DNA of 55,267 bases, counting the filler, from Catajapyx aquilonaris (taxonomy: Eukaryota): assembly GCA_000934665.2 (NCBI GenBank). It is 2 parts of 2 records of this genome, joined end to end, with 100 filler letters (N's around TTAATTAATTAA, not from the genome) between each part and the next. Parts side by side here need not be neighbours in the genome. Positions count along the whole stretch, not along the records: positions 1 to 27,569 come from JYFJ02005041.1; 1 more part is not named here. One strand, 5' to 3'. Shown piece by piece: positions 1-13,197 of this stretch. The notes below the pieces were generated by a model. It had not been told where the DNA came from, did not search any database, and was given only the letters and a program-made list of their open reading frames with translations. A program made the translations under genes and the position numbers. Every line of letters begins with the position of its first letter. Positions within the stretch are counted from its first letter, which is position 1.

Positions 1-1002
1 TATATCCAAGGGACACGGTGGGAGAAGCAGTGACTCGTACATTACAACAGATTATGTATTTCTTAACTTGGTGGAACCTGGTTATCTGGTGCTTTTTGAC
101 AAGAGCTTCCCTTCGATTAAATGACATCAAACATCTAATTGGCGCAAATTTACGAGAGAATAGAGGCGTTTCTCAGGAGAACCCAATATGTCATGGCCAT
201 GGCCTTAGAATGGCCATGACCAAATGAGTTACGGGTAATATTCGATACTTTTGGACACGCTCCGTGCAGTGCATCTCTCCGATTTCCGTGTTAAAAAAAC
301 CAGTCGTCCGATATTATGTCCGAAGTATTGAAGCGAAAAAATTAATGCTTCCAAAACAAATGCACATTTCGAGTGTATACCAATCGCACATACAGTATCA
401 GTGACATGTGGGATTTTTAGAGAGAAATCAGCATCCACGATAGTTCTTGACATATGTGAAAATAAGTTTTGCAGCCGTGAACCCTGGTGCTATTAAAATA
501 ATGGTTGCAGAACTGTGATATTCTCTGGTCCCTCTTCCTTTCAACTGTTTGATGCAGTAACCCACGTGTATCCGATTAGAGGACATTGATTATTTTCAAA
601 TAATACGAATTTTGGTGTGATCGAAAAACACGAGATAATAGTCACAGCAGAAACGGAAGATTGGATAAGGGTAATCCATCTTATTTTCCATCTTTCCTTC
701 TTGCCCATACCACATTGCATCATGGAAGCAAATGTTCCTTTTCCTGAGTGTGTGCAACACGTTCGACAGGAGGGTAGCTGGAGGGTAGTCTACCAGAATT
801 CAGTCCGAAATGTCTGGCGAATAGCAACAGTGAAGGGATAATTCCAAATCGGTCGGGGCAGAAGACAAGTTGGCCACCGAAGCCGACAGAAGTGACGAGA
901 ACGGACGACGACAGGCTGCCAAATAAAAAGTGTTGGCTCCGTACGCCGACGAGTTGACTGCAACGTCGTGGCAGAACGACGGAAGGCAGTTTCACTACGG
1001 CG

Positions 1003-1586
1003 CAGGAAAGCGTCGAACGACAGGGTCAGCAGGAGGGTCAAGTCCGCCGGACAACGAAGGACAGTTGCTGATCAGGAAAGCGTCGAATGACAGGGTCAGC
1101 AGGAGTGTCATGTGCGCCGGACAACGAAGGACAGTTGCTGATCAGGAAAGCGTCGAACGACAGGGTCATCAGGGGTGCCAAGTCCGCCGGACAACGAGTG
1201 ACAGTTGCTGATCAGGAAACCGTCGAACGACAGGGTCAGCAGGAGAGTCACGTGCGCCGGACAACGAAGGACAGTTGCTGATCANCCGGACAACGAGTGA
1301 CAGTTGCTGATCAGGAAACCGTCGAACGACAGGGTCAGCAGGAGAGTCATGTGCGCCGGACAACGAATGACAGTTGCTGATCAGGAAAGCGTCGAACGAC
1401 AGGGTCAGCAGGAGAGTCACGTGCGCCGGACAACGAAGGACAGTTGCTGATCAGGAAAGCGTCGAACGACAGGGTCAGCAGGGGTGTCAAGTCCGCCGGA
1501 CAACGAAGGACAGTTGCTGATCAGGAAAGCGTCGAACGACAGGGTCAGCAGGAGTGTCAAATCCGCCGGACAACAAAGAACAGTTG
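1003..1586. repeat. 70-bp GC-rich tandem repeat, about 8.5 copies
   Basis: Unit ACAGTTGCTGATCAGGAAAGCGTCGAACGACAGGGTCAGCAGGAGAGTCACGTGCGCCGGACAACGAAGG starts at 1061, 1131, 1201, 1271 (truncated at the single N, 1285), 1300, 1370, 1440, 1510. Confidence 0.95.
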
Positions 1587-3154
1587 GTGGTGAAACCGAC
1601 ACCGTCCACCTGTGCAGTGTGCAACAGGTTCCTCAAAACTCCGTGTCGAGAACTGTGCGTCAGATCGTCGTACAAGATGCCACCCTTTAGACGCAGTACC
1701 TCCGGAGGAGCACTCTGAGATGACCTGCCTCTCTCGCCCGCTCATTCCAACCGGATACTTACCCGATGCCATTGACACGTAGGCTACTGTTGTCAGCCCC
1801 CAGGTAAATCACACCAAAGAAACACCGAAGGACCCCATGGATGATCACTGGTTTATTCACCAACTACTGTATATAATAATACTATAATACTGTATTGTTT
1901 TGTTCTCATGGAATTTATATTGGCACAATAATTTTGCTATTAAAACGTCATCAATCTGCATGATCTCATAAAGTGAAGAGTGTAAAATCTCTAACTGTAA
2001 GTAAGATACCGTCTCTAAAAACCACACTCCTATTACTACTACTGAGAAGGTATCCTGATACTTGTACAAAACAACACATTACATTCATCAATTATACGCA
2101 TGATAGTATTCATTGAACTTTGATTGTGATTATACGCATGATCTTGGGCGACGACCCACGTATAAAGAAGAATCATCCTTCACGGTGGTGAATGTACAGT
2201 ATAAACAAACCTGAATAACAAAATATATTTCATTAGATTCTACAGCAAGGGAGCACTGGGTTCACACATTAATTTATTATATATCATCTCTGATTCCATC
2301 GTTCACATCTACTCATACTAAGGCCTTTCTCTTGTCAGTTCTGTTCAACACCATCTGTCATGGACTTTCCCCCATTCTCTAAACTGTCATTTGGTCCTCT
2401 TTCTGTTCATGTTGTAGATATAATTTTATAGTATTTCCAACACCATATGGATACTTCTGTCATTTGTGAAGTACAATGCTGCACAAAATGGAATCTAAAA
2501 ATTACATCACTGTGGAGCAGATCTTCTATTTTCAATTTTTATTTACTTTATGTTGGAAAGAAAAATAGCAGAGTAAATATTTTCATTTTTTCCAACAAAT
2601 TATAGGGTAATAATTACAAGAGTAAATAGGAAGGGAAAATTTTCAGTCATAATCAAGGCAAATGACGTGGAACAGAAATTTGAACAGACCAAGGCATATT
2701 AGTAGTAAGTCTTAACGAGATTTAAATGGGCTCGTAATGATATTAAAATTTAATGTGTGCACAATAAGTACATTGTTCTCTAATCTACAACATTTTAATT
2801 AATGAAAATATCTTTAGGTTCACCTGCTAGTACGTACTGTACATGACTGTATATTCTTACAAAATTGCAATAGCCCTTATCAAAACTGTTAGGACCATTG
2901 GTGCAGTTAAGTAGTTAACTAGACATTCTTCAGGACAAGCTCTCTGATAGTTTTGGGCCTGATAAAGGATCACGAATAATTCCTAGAGCAAATTGTAAAG
3001 TGAATTAATATTTCATTGTGTGGAAGTTTAGGAATGTATGTAAAACTTGTAATATCTCTAACATGCCAGGTTCAAATGCTTCTGAGTGAGAAAAAAAAAT
3101 CAATTTTTGAACTGTTGATTATTGCACTCAGTACTCACGCAGTTGCTACTTTGT

Positions 3155-3997
3155 TTAGTTTTGCTGGCGCAGATATTCCTGCTGATGGTGTAGCTCATGC
3201 AGCTCCTGCCGAAGCTTCTGCAGCCCCTGGTGAAATTCCTGCAGGTGCTGCTGAAACTTCTGCTCCAGCTGCTTACGCTTCTGCTCCAGAAGCAGGAGAT
3301 GGCGTTGTTTTTCCCGCAGCTGTTCCTGCACCTGTCGAAGTCGATGCTGCCGTTCATTTGAGCTCTGGAGCTGCAGAGGGCACGTTTGGGCTGCCCTGTG
3401 AGAATGGCTCACTGGAATGAAAGGACTCAGGGTAAATCACATTCATCAGAAATTTGTTACCGGTACTTACTGGTACTCTCGGGGCAGGCAGTTTCATTCT
3501 CTGTCTCTACAGCGTGGATCCCCTCAGCCTTTATGAAATTGACGACTGATTTCTCGATATTCGTCATTGGAGGAAGGGGACGAAGAGCCATCTTGCGATT
3601 TGCCTGAAATGTGTCGACAGTGTTTATCACACGTACAATGTCGGTTTTTAAACCCATCTACCCATGTTCTTCTGGGCAACCACAATCACTTAATTCTAAA
3701 CTACGCTACGTCAGGACGACAACAGTAGTTCCACAGTACCTGCTTGAGGAGCTTCTTCCACTTCGCCTTCAGGTCCTCGATGCTCCTTCTCTTCATTCCA
3801 CTTCTGCTGGCAATCATTGAAGCAATAGCTTCCCATGCAGCGCTTCGCCCGCGGACGAAGTTGCCTCGCCCTCCAAAGGTGCCCTCGGGCTGCCCCCACC
3901 TTGCCGTCATCGCGTTTGCCAATTCCGTGGTCTCTTTCGTGGACCATTTTGTCCGCATAACTTTCCTTGGTTGCATACCTTTTGCGTGGTCGGCCAT
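3155..3997 (-). CDS. Myb/SANT-like (trihelix) DNA-binding protein with C-terminal coiled coil, 3 exons (3997-3740, 3603-3471, 3411-3155), 215 aa
   Basis: Exon 1 reads KWSTKETTELANAM...RSAAWEAIASMI...RRSIEDLKAKWKKL (Myb/SANT-like W-W-W spacing). Canonical GT-AG introns (CAG|GTACTG...TTTCAG; CCA|GTAAGT...TTCCAG) join three ORF-track pieces in frame (258+133+257=648 nt) to a Q/E/L-rich coiled coil and stop. Confidence 0.8.
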
Positions 3998-4364
3998 CTT
4001 TTGGTGAGCAGCTACGTTGGGGCGGCCTGTCGACAACTGACGTTACTCATAATAACTGCTTATCATAACTACTGGTACACTGAATCGCTGCGATCCCAAT
4101 AGTGTAGCAGTCGCCTATTTTGCTTTGATCCAGATATTGGCGCGCCATATATGAACAGTGAGTGTACATGAATGCTTTTACAGAGTGTATCTGAGTCACG
4201 GGTCAAGCGCGCGAGGGGTGGGGAAAAATCGTAGGTGCGTGGCGACAACCCCGGTCGGTTTTATAAAGGACAAATCAATCAGAAATAAGGTAGTAATCAA
4301 TATTTTATCACGTCGTGACATCACATCCTTTCTGTTCGAATTGAATGGCGGGTACCTTGGGTAG

Positions 4365-4930
4365 AACGGCACCATCACAGAGAAATACTGGTACCACACA
4401 TGTTCGCACGAAACGCCAGCGGTACGTCATCCAGCAGATCTGGTAACTTCTCCGGGACTCCTGCAGAAGTTTCTAGTACAGCCGACCATCCAAGCGTGGA
4501 GGCAGAAAATAGCGGCCCTAGGAGGTAGTCTCCGACCCAGAGGAAGATACCAGCCCATACGTTGATGGAGAAGCGGCGTTGATGGTGCGCAACAACATAG
4601 GCATGTGGATGTCATAGGCCCACACATGAGTTCCTGAAATTTTGGTCGTCACGACGTGTGAAACTTTGCCTCATCTGACAGCAGCAACCGTTCGACGAAG
4701 CTTGGTTCCACCTCGCATCGTTGCAGATACCAGCGAGTGAACTCCACCCGCGGAGCATAGTCCGTAGGAAGAAGCTCGTGCACCTTTTGCACATGGTACG
4801 GGTACACCCCTTCGTCATGGATGATCCTCCACACACTGGAATGACTGCTGTGCACTCTGCGAGCGACTTCACGGGTGCTGATCGATGGGTACATGGCTGC
4901 CATGTGCAGAACATCTTCCTCCATTGCCAT
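4365..4930 (-). pseudogene. Tc1/mariner (Tc3/DD37D-like) transposase, frameshifted
   Basis: PSISTREVARRV..SVWRIIHDEGVYPYHVQKVHEL...LLSDEAKF, then in shifted frames PHAYVVAHHQRRFSINVWAGI, GDYLLGP and MWYQ..DGA. Confidence 0.85.
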
Positions 4931-5347
4931 GGTACATGTGGTACGAAGAGCACCTGTAATGATGTGCGATATATTAGAGTACAGTACTGTACACTAATGT
5001 ACACGGAAGATTCCCATAAGGATGTAATAGTTCACGGTCGATGATGTACGTAATGCTTATTATTATAATAGCTGCTAACAGATCAGCAGCGACGCTCTTT
5101 CGGTGTGTGCTCTGGCCAACGGCCAACCCATGGGCCAACCCCAGTAGTCGGGACCCAATATGGCTGCAGTCTTTATGATATAACATGTGAAAGTGTCACT
5201 GGCGACGATGAGATGTAGCATCGTTCATATTTTCAGTGGTGGTCCATTGCAGCTAACTTTAGCCTTGCACTTGAGCATATATGTGCATGGCATTGCAACT
5301 GTGGTGCACAAGGTATTGACATTAGTCGCCGGCGATGTCTTTTCGAG

Positions 5348-5650
5348 CATCAGGTCCAGGTCCGAACACCGAAGGACGGGCACGTCACTGGCCAGCTTCC
5401 AGCTTGAAGTACGACCATCAGGTCCAGATCCGGACACCGAAGGGCAGGTGCGTCGCTGACCAGGTTCCAGCTTGAAGTACGACCATCAGGTCCAGGTCCG
5501 GACACCGAAGGACAGGTGCGTCGCTCGCTCGACCCAGCTTCCAGCTTGAAGGACCGAAGGACAGGTCGTGCGTCACCAGTGCGTCACTGGCCAGCTTCCA
5601 GCATGAAGTACGACCATCAGGTCCAGGTCCGGACACCGAAGGACAGGTGC
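5348..5650. repeat. 68-bp GC-rich tandem repeat, about 4.5 copies
   Basis: CATCAGGTCCAGGTCCGGACACCGAAGGACAGG...CCAGCTTCCAGCTTGAAGTACGAC starts at 5348, 5416, 5484 and 5615, with one rearranged partial unit. Confidence 0.9.
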
Positions 5651-8600
5651 GGAGCAGCACCGCGCCTAACGACAGCACCAGTGTTAAGGCCGGACGACGA
5701 GAGGCAGCCATCACCGGAACAGCTAGGTGACGTGTGCGACGACTATACGACGAAGTTGGATGACGAAGAGGTCCACAACATGCGGACCTCGACGGACAGC
5801 AGTGGGCAGAACATGGTGGTGGTGCCCAGGCGGGAAGTGTTGAAGCAGATCGTCGTTACAGTTGTCGGCGGGTAGTCAGGTGGGAGTTCGACGAAGAGAG
5901 ACCGTCAAGTGGAGCACGTGCACAGGTATTGCCCGGTTGGCCATGTGTTATGTTGCCTCTTTCAGAAAGTGTAGGCCTAATATTATGAACAAATGGCAGT
6001 AGAACACGTCTGGTATATAGCATATTTGAATTTTAATTATTTTAAACATGTTTTATGATGCTCATTTTATATTTAATGTCATGTTGCATGCATACTTGTA
6101 AATGCAATGCACTGTGCCTCCATATGAAATCATGCTAGAGGCAACCAATAATACACGTAATAATACAGTAATAGGTATATGCAATCATAGACTTTAGAGA
6201 ACACTATGCAACTCTACGTACAGTAAATAATAAGTAGCCTATTCGGTAATCTACGGGTCCTTGATATGAAAAATAAAAATAAAAATTTATTGCACTTTGC
6301 AATTATCTCCCGCTGTGTTCGTGAAAGTTGAAAATGGCACAATTTAAATACAAATAAAAATTATCACAGGTTCCTGTAGCAAGCTGTGATACTTTGACAC
6401 TTTAAAAAAACTTCAAATTACCAACATTCTTGCTGCTACACTACATCTCAGCTCCGGCTTCTTTTACAGTTCGAGCTTTAGACTGTTCACTGTTCAGTAA
6501 TCACTATTAACCACCTGTGCACAAAAAATCTTGAGGTAGTACGCAAAACAGGTATCCTACTTGTAGGATATTGTTATTCAAGTCATACTCTGTGTGTAAC
6601 TACAAAAGCCTGATTGAAAGATATGGTGGATGCACATGGCACAATAATTTTTAGAATACATTCTATGGCAACCGAATTTGATACTTTCAGTTTGAGACCC
6701 GTGCAGTACGTTTATTTATTTGGGTGAAATGCCTGAATTTTTGTTTCACATCAAGAATATTAAAGTACCAGCCTTATACCATTATATTCTAAAAACACTC
6801 AGTTTACTCTTATCATTATAAATGGCTCATAATGCATGCAATTTGGAAGGTTGTAAGCCTGACTTGTTATTAATTACTCATGCCATTTCTCAAGTTCTTG
6901 CTCGAGATGTAAATGTCGTTGACTATACCGGACCAAAATTATCTATTGTTTTAAATGGTATGTATGATTCACTCTACTGAGTTAACTCTGTGCACACTTG
7001 AGTCTCCCTGCTCTTTTCGTCACATTCGGTCGTCATAAGCAGAGTTTCAGAACTGATTATCCTCTCTAACGGCGCGGAACTAGAATCCCAGCAGACCAAT
7101 GGCTCCACTTTTCTGATGCTCAAGCAGGGCTCAGCTGTGTCCGCAGTCGAGACAAAGCTTTACATCGGGGATTTGTTATATGCCATTGGTTGGTAAAAAG
7201 GGGAAGAAAAAACACAAGGAGGGAGCCAGGCGGGAGAAACAAAGGATGGGGTGTCGACATAGGGCGACGTGTAGCGGAGGCAACTGAAGACCAGGAGTTA
7301 GTCTACAAATTCTAAATGAATAGATGTCAACTCCAGTATTTCTGATAGTTCTACTCAGTCGGGTTATAAGTTATTTAAATTTAAATACAGTTTGCTGGAT
7401 CGGTTTAAATATTCTTATCTGCACATAAGGGTTGGTAAGTGATGTGAGATATGTCATAGAGAGATGCAAGGCATGTCTGTCACTTGAGGAACATGAGAGC
7501 ATTGCTCTCCATTCTACTCTGGTGGGATTTGATTGATCGCTTCCAAGGGAATTTGGTAATGAATCTGTTATGTATCATACCCACCGACTACCACGCTTCT
7601 GGCCGCATGAACACTCTGTGACCTCCAAATGTCAAACTTTTGCAGTGGAGAATATTTCACACTGGTGACGGGGAGAGGGAAGGTGAGGGAGAGATTATAT
7701 AACGAAACTCTAGCATCACGATTTGTCTCACACTCATGAAGGGAAAAAATATTTTCTCCATAATTTGAGTTCATACAACCTTCCCTATCGTAAAACAAAC
7801 GCTACAGTTTTTTCCCCGCTGCGGGTTGTGTCTAACGAGAGTAATGATCGACGAGAAAGTAGTGGAGTATTCCAACTAGAGCTTTGTGCAAAACGAATCA
7901 ATTTCACGTTAGGATTGCATGTACAGTATCAGATCCACTTTCAGACTGTATTTTGGGCAGCAGTTTGAATAGGATGGAGTATGTCGGACTATTGATAACT
8001 ATTACGGAACAAAATGTGAGGTGTATACATATTGCCCAGTTGCCATGCCCGTCACCGCACTGTACAAATAATATTGTACCAAGAGTATGACTCATTCTAA
8101 GTACCCATTGGATGGACCCACACTGTGATGAATGCCAATTGGGAATTTGCAAGGGGGGGGGGGGGTTGTAGGGGGAACAAATCTCCCGCAAAATGTATTA
8201 TGGTAGGGTTGAGAGAGGGAGAGAGAACATTGTGTGCAGTCCCGTGGTTGCATGTGTGATGCACTGCTTGCCCTCTCGGACTCATTTGCATCCCTATAAT
8301 TATATCCGTGACAAACAGGTTTATTTGAAGGGGATTTTACTTCATTAAAAATACGCCTTCGCTGGCCAGCCCTGCAGTGTCCAGCGGTGCTAGTCTTTGT
8401 GGGGATGTTATTGATTTTTAAATACGCGAGAGAGCAGCACGAGTATAGTTACTATCTGCAAGTCACTTAAGAGAGGGTATATCATCACGCCTTATCAAGC
8501 TGTCTTCAAGTCTACGAAATTACAACCTTAGAAATACGAATTAAATTACTATACATAATCGATATTTGCAGCAGAAACATGTGACCAGACGGTATCGCAT

Positions 8601-9149
8601 GAAAAGTTGGTTTTTTTGTGAGTAAGAAATTGCTAAAATGGGACGGTTTTAGATGACATTTTTCCAGGAAAAGTATAGATGAAAGCGGACCAGTGAACTG
8701 TACGTGGTGTAAAAGTCTCTGAACACATTCTCAAAAATCCTGACAAGTTTCATCTACCAGTAAGCCAGATTTTGTTGGCAGCAGAGTGGCAGGAGAGCCA
8801 TTTTGAAAAAGGACATTTTGGAATATCTTCTGGCTCACCAACCAAAGGTTCAGTAGGTAGGTGAGTCTACGAGACTTTTAGCTTTTGTTCCTAGACTTAT
8901 CCATGTAACTACTGTATGTCAGTGAACAGTTCACTGACCAAATATGTCATCGTGGGGACAATGAGTCTGAGTAATATCAACAATGATTAATAATTGAGGG
9001 ATAGTTGCCCATTTTTCTATTTATACCATATTTGAACAATTTTCACATTGCTTGAGACCAAGTCTTGAAGCAATGCAATATGACGATTCTGATGGAATGT
9101 ACTGGGTGCGCATGAAACAGATCTAACTTGGCCTTGTGGCTGACCACTC

Positions 9150-9300
9150 TCCAGCTGCAGGTTCCGGTGGATGATCCGGTTCACAGTTGGCACGCACACC
9201 CTTTCACACGTTTTCACAATGTCCTTTTGGGCCGGCGGGTTTTCTCTTGAACACCATAGCCTTCATTTTCCTCGCCACGTCCGGCAGACGACATTGGCTC
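9150..9300 (-). pseudogene. Possible Tc1/mariner transposase HTH remnant
   Basis: Frameshifted DVARKMKAMVFK..P.QKDIVK...VPTVNRIIHRNLQL resembles the mariner second HTH; weak match. Confidence 0.35.
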
Positions 9301-9950
9301 TTCCGGACTCTCCTCCGGAACAACCAACATGGGATTTGTGTCGCGATTCTTGTTGTAGATCAGACCGGAGGGGGACCGGCCCAAAAATATCTTCGTTTGG
9401 TCTTACAAGTCTGTCCTTGTAGGAGTCAACCATTGGCCAAAACCACACGCCACGGTATAAATTGAGACTTTAAACAACGCGATCCTTCAAACAGAAATCA
9501 TGCGACGCGTATTTTTCGTCGACATGTGGAAGGGACAAGATCACTTAACCGTAATAATCGATACTGCGATGTATGTCAATAAGTTCATTACCATGAACCC
9601 GATGCCACGCTGTATTGGACGGCTAAAGACTGCGTGAGTCAGAAAAGGTGACACTAACCTGGTTGCTGAATGATGCAGGGCGCCCTAGTGTCCTATCACA
9701 CTCAATGACCACATTCACATGCATGCTCTTTGAATCTCTTTGCTCTTGTTGTTGATGCTACATCTGTTGCCTTGTTTGTAAAATTTCCTTGTCAGTGAAA
9801 GGCTCTTAGGGCGGATGTACACAATATCGCTCAAAATGGATACGATTTTTCATTTGGATTCAATACAAAATCGTCTATCTTTTTGAGCGATATGGTACGG
9901 TAACCGGAAATTTCGTCCCCAACACATTACGTCCCCGACAAATAACGTCC

Positions 9951-10956
9951 ATAAGAAGAGAGACATTCGTAAAGAGATGATGTTGTTAGCCGCGGGATAG
10001 GTCGGTTAAATATCGTACATAATTTGCACATTCGACTGCAAGATAGCTATTATTATTAATTGTTGGCAACAGTCGGAAAAGTATCATTAATGACATGAAG
10101 AAACCCTCCGCTTATAACACATCGCTAGCAATGAAACAGGTGCTAATTTATGTAAGCTAAAATATTGAAACGTACGTGGAAAAATACCTATAAAACAAGT
10201 TATATTTCGATATATTTTACCAATGTACTATTGGGCTCAAATTGTTTTGACCACTTTATCCTGGTCTTGAAGCAACCCTTCGCACAGGCCCCACGTTGAG
10301 CAGGTGTGTGAGGGTGTCACGGTCTCGCATAGGGTCTGGGGACCAAGGTTGGTGTTTTGACTGTAGCTCTGGGGACATTCTCCAAATTGTGGGGCCATTT
10401 CGCGTCCCCACAGCAAAAACGCCTGGTGGGGTACTGCTTCAGTGTGGACATGTCCCCACAATTCCATTATGTAGGGTTTTACAAAAGTCCATTTTTCTCA
10501 GCCTAGGTTAGGTAGGGTAGGGTAGGTTAGGTTAGGTTCGATCCGTTTACACTCGCTTCGAAAATGTGTGTTGTCCTTGACCCCACAGCCTATGGGGCGC
10601 AATACTGGGTGTGTGTGAAGGGATGCTTCAAGACCAGGATAAAGTCGCCAAAACAATTTGAGCCCAATAGTACATTGGTAAAATATATCGAAATATACTA
10701 ATATAGCTTGTTTTATAGGTATTTGTTCCACGTACGTTGCAATATTTTAGCTTGCATAAATTAGCACCTGTTTCATTGCTAGCGATGTGTTATAAGCGGA
10801 GGGTTTCTTCATGTCATTAATGATACTTTTCCGATTGTTGCTAACAATCAATAACAATAGCTATCTTGCAGTCGAATGTGCAAATTAAATACGATATTTA
10901 ACCAAACTAGCCCACGGCTAACATCATCATCTCTTTACGAATGTCTCTCTTCTTAT
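9951..10956. mobile_element. Foldback/MITE-like element with about 335-bp terminal inverted repeats
   Basis: 9951-10285 (ATAAGAAGAGAGACATTCGTAAAGAG...) is the near-identical reverse complement of 10613-10956 (...CTCTTTACGAATGTCTCTCTTCTTAT). The spacer carries TTAGG/TAGGG-like units. No unambiguous TSD. Confidence 0.85.
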
Positions 10957-13197
10957 CAGAGCAGGATTTAGCTGTTCTTGTGATTTTCGAGAGGATTATT
11001 TTATCATGCAGGTTTAGCGTTTGATCTTGTGTGCTACACTCCCACATGCAGATTACTATTCATCTTGTAATGTAAGAAAATGAAAATCTTTATAATTCGC
11101 AGGGTAGATCACTGTACTGTACAGTCCAAGCAATATTAAGGCAGGGAAGGTTTTATTACAGAATTGAGCATTACCATTTTCCTCATTTTATTATGATCTG
11201 TCAGGATCGTTCTTTTCCTTCAATCGCTTCAATTTTAGTAGAAGTTATTGAAACTGTGAAGCTCAGTTATGTCCTACCTTTTCAGCTATCTCGGAAATCC
11301 GCATTTTAATTCGCAATTTTGATATTGTTATGATTTTATATTGCCACAAGAGACCCTAGAAAGCTGGGATAATTTCGTGTCATTTTTATGGTAATGGTAG
11401 ACGATGGCTGACTTTTTAGAATTACCAATTATTCACTAAAACTGGAATTAATGACATTAATATGACCAAAATCATGGTTCTACTCTGTACTGTATTATCC
11501 TATTCAAAGTCGTAATCTAGGCAAGCCGTGTTGCAAAATCATTGATTCTATTAAATCTCACTTTTAGCGAACAATCTGCAACTCCAAAAGACGGGCGTTA
11601 TTTAACATTGCTATAGAAAAATTCTGAGGCGATTTTTAATCGAAAAAGCTTACAATTGCTAATTTGAAATGCGGATTTCCGCAATTCCAGAAGAGATAAG
11701 ACAAAACTAAATTTGAATTTGTTATTAGGATTTATTTATTTATTTATTTATTGGGTTTTTTTGGCAGAACAGCGGCAAACATCTATCATTAGGAACCACT
11801 TCAACTAAAGAGTGTATCGCTTCAAGAAAACAATGCATTCACACCTTGAACCATATTAAAATTCAGACATCTCGTACTACCTATTATGTCCACATTAGCA
11901 TTATTTCACAGTTAATAACTTGTGATTCTTTTTATATTAGATGTAATCTGACATGCCCTATTTCCTTCTCAGGTTCGCCTAGTGTTTCTTCAGCTGCTGG
12001 ATTTTGCATGCGGCGACAGACGTCCTCCACCATGACCTGTAAGTAATGTCTTTTCACCATCTGCATCCTGGCTTCTTTCGCATCATTGGAATCCTTGTCT
12101 TGCAAGCAAACAATGTATTAGTCTGATCCGTATCGGTAGCGGGCGAGTTGTAAGGGTAGTTTGAAGCGTCCAAGCTAGCCCTAACTTGTGAAGCGTGATG
12201 AGACCGAGCAAAAGGGGAGTGGAATGATCCGTCCCATGAAATAATGGAGACGCGTGAGCGTGTCGAAATGGAATAATTAGCATGGTGCGCGCGCGTTCCC
12301 TCCCACCCTTCCCGCTTCCCTCTGCTCCACCCCCCAGCCACGCTTCGTTTCGACTATGGCCAAACAACCGTCACTCTGTCTACCATCCATAGCTGAAACT
12401 GGCTCTAGAGCTAGGGGGACTTTTCCCCGAGTCCAGCGTTCCATCCCGCTCGTTTCGCTTCCATCAGCGAACAGTTTAATTGGTCTGCAGTAAAATATTG
12501 ACACACATGACGATTGCGCCGGTCGCCTGGCATTAACATACCATTTGTTTCCGGTTTCAAACACCACGCTAGGATTCTCTCGGAAACGTTCGCGAGAGGG
12601 AAACCTATTGTGCCACCGTGGCTATATAGTTTTCGAGTAGCGCTAACCACCCGGCTCATGTTTAGAGCGTGCAGGACGTGTTTACAGTCCAGTCTGAGCA
12701 TTTACATGAGCGCTCGTGATCGGGATGGTCCGCATATCAGCAAGGATTCATCTATGGGGAGGAGGGGGTTCGTAGCATGTACTACGTACGATTGATGATC
12801 ACCCACCCCTGCCTTTGGGCTTTAGCTGTTGCCCCAGCCAGCCGGGAAGATGAACAGGGGTATTGGGAAGCCTATTTCACTTGCTAGCACACGCTGATGA
12901 AGTAATTCTCTTAGCACGGATGGAACTCACATCCCTTGCACGGTTCATATGACCACACATGCTCATTTGGTGATTTAATGTCCTGTACGCCTACAGTGTT
13001 GCTCAGTCAAATGAATGGTCTATTGACATAATGCTTTATTGTCACATCGTTTGAAGCAGAAAGTACATCCGTGATTATTTCACTCGTAGAATGAAAATGT
13101 TGTTTTACGCTTCATATAACATACAGTACACATTACATTACGTTATAGGCTACTGCAACCCCTGGACACTACCCCTATAATTTTATCTTATCGCCTG

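Noticed and set aside
596..860. Ubiquitin-like pseudogene on the minus strand (FTVAIRQ...VDYPPATLLSNVL)
   Set aside because: Needs a frameshift and the resemblance is too weak to support without a profile search.
1003..1586. CRISPR-like array
   Set aside because: Units are head-to-tail with no unique spacers, there are no cas genes, and the context is eukaryotic.
3016..3420. Plus-strand Ala/Pro-rich 134-aa ORF
   Set aside because: Antisense shadow of the Gln/Leu/Glu coiled-coil exon on the minus strand.
10506..10536. Telomere or chromosome-fusion site
   Set aside because: Only about six imperfect units, located inside a TIR element's spacer.
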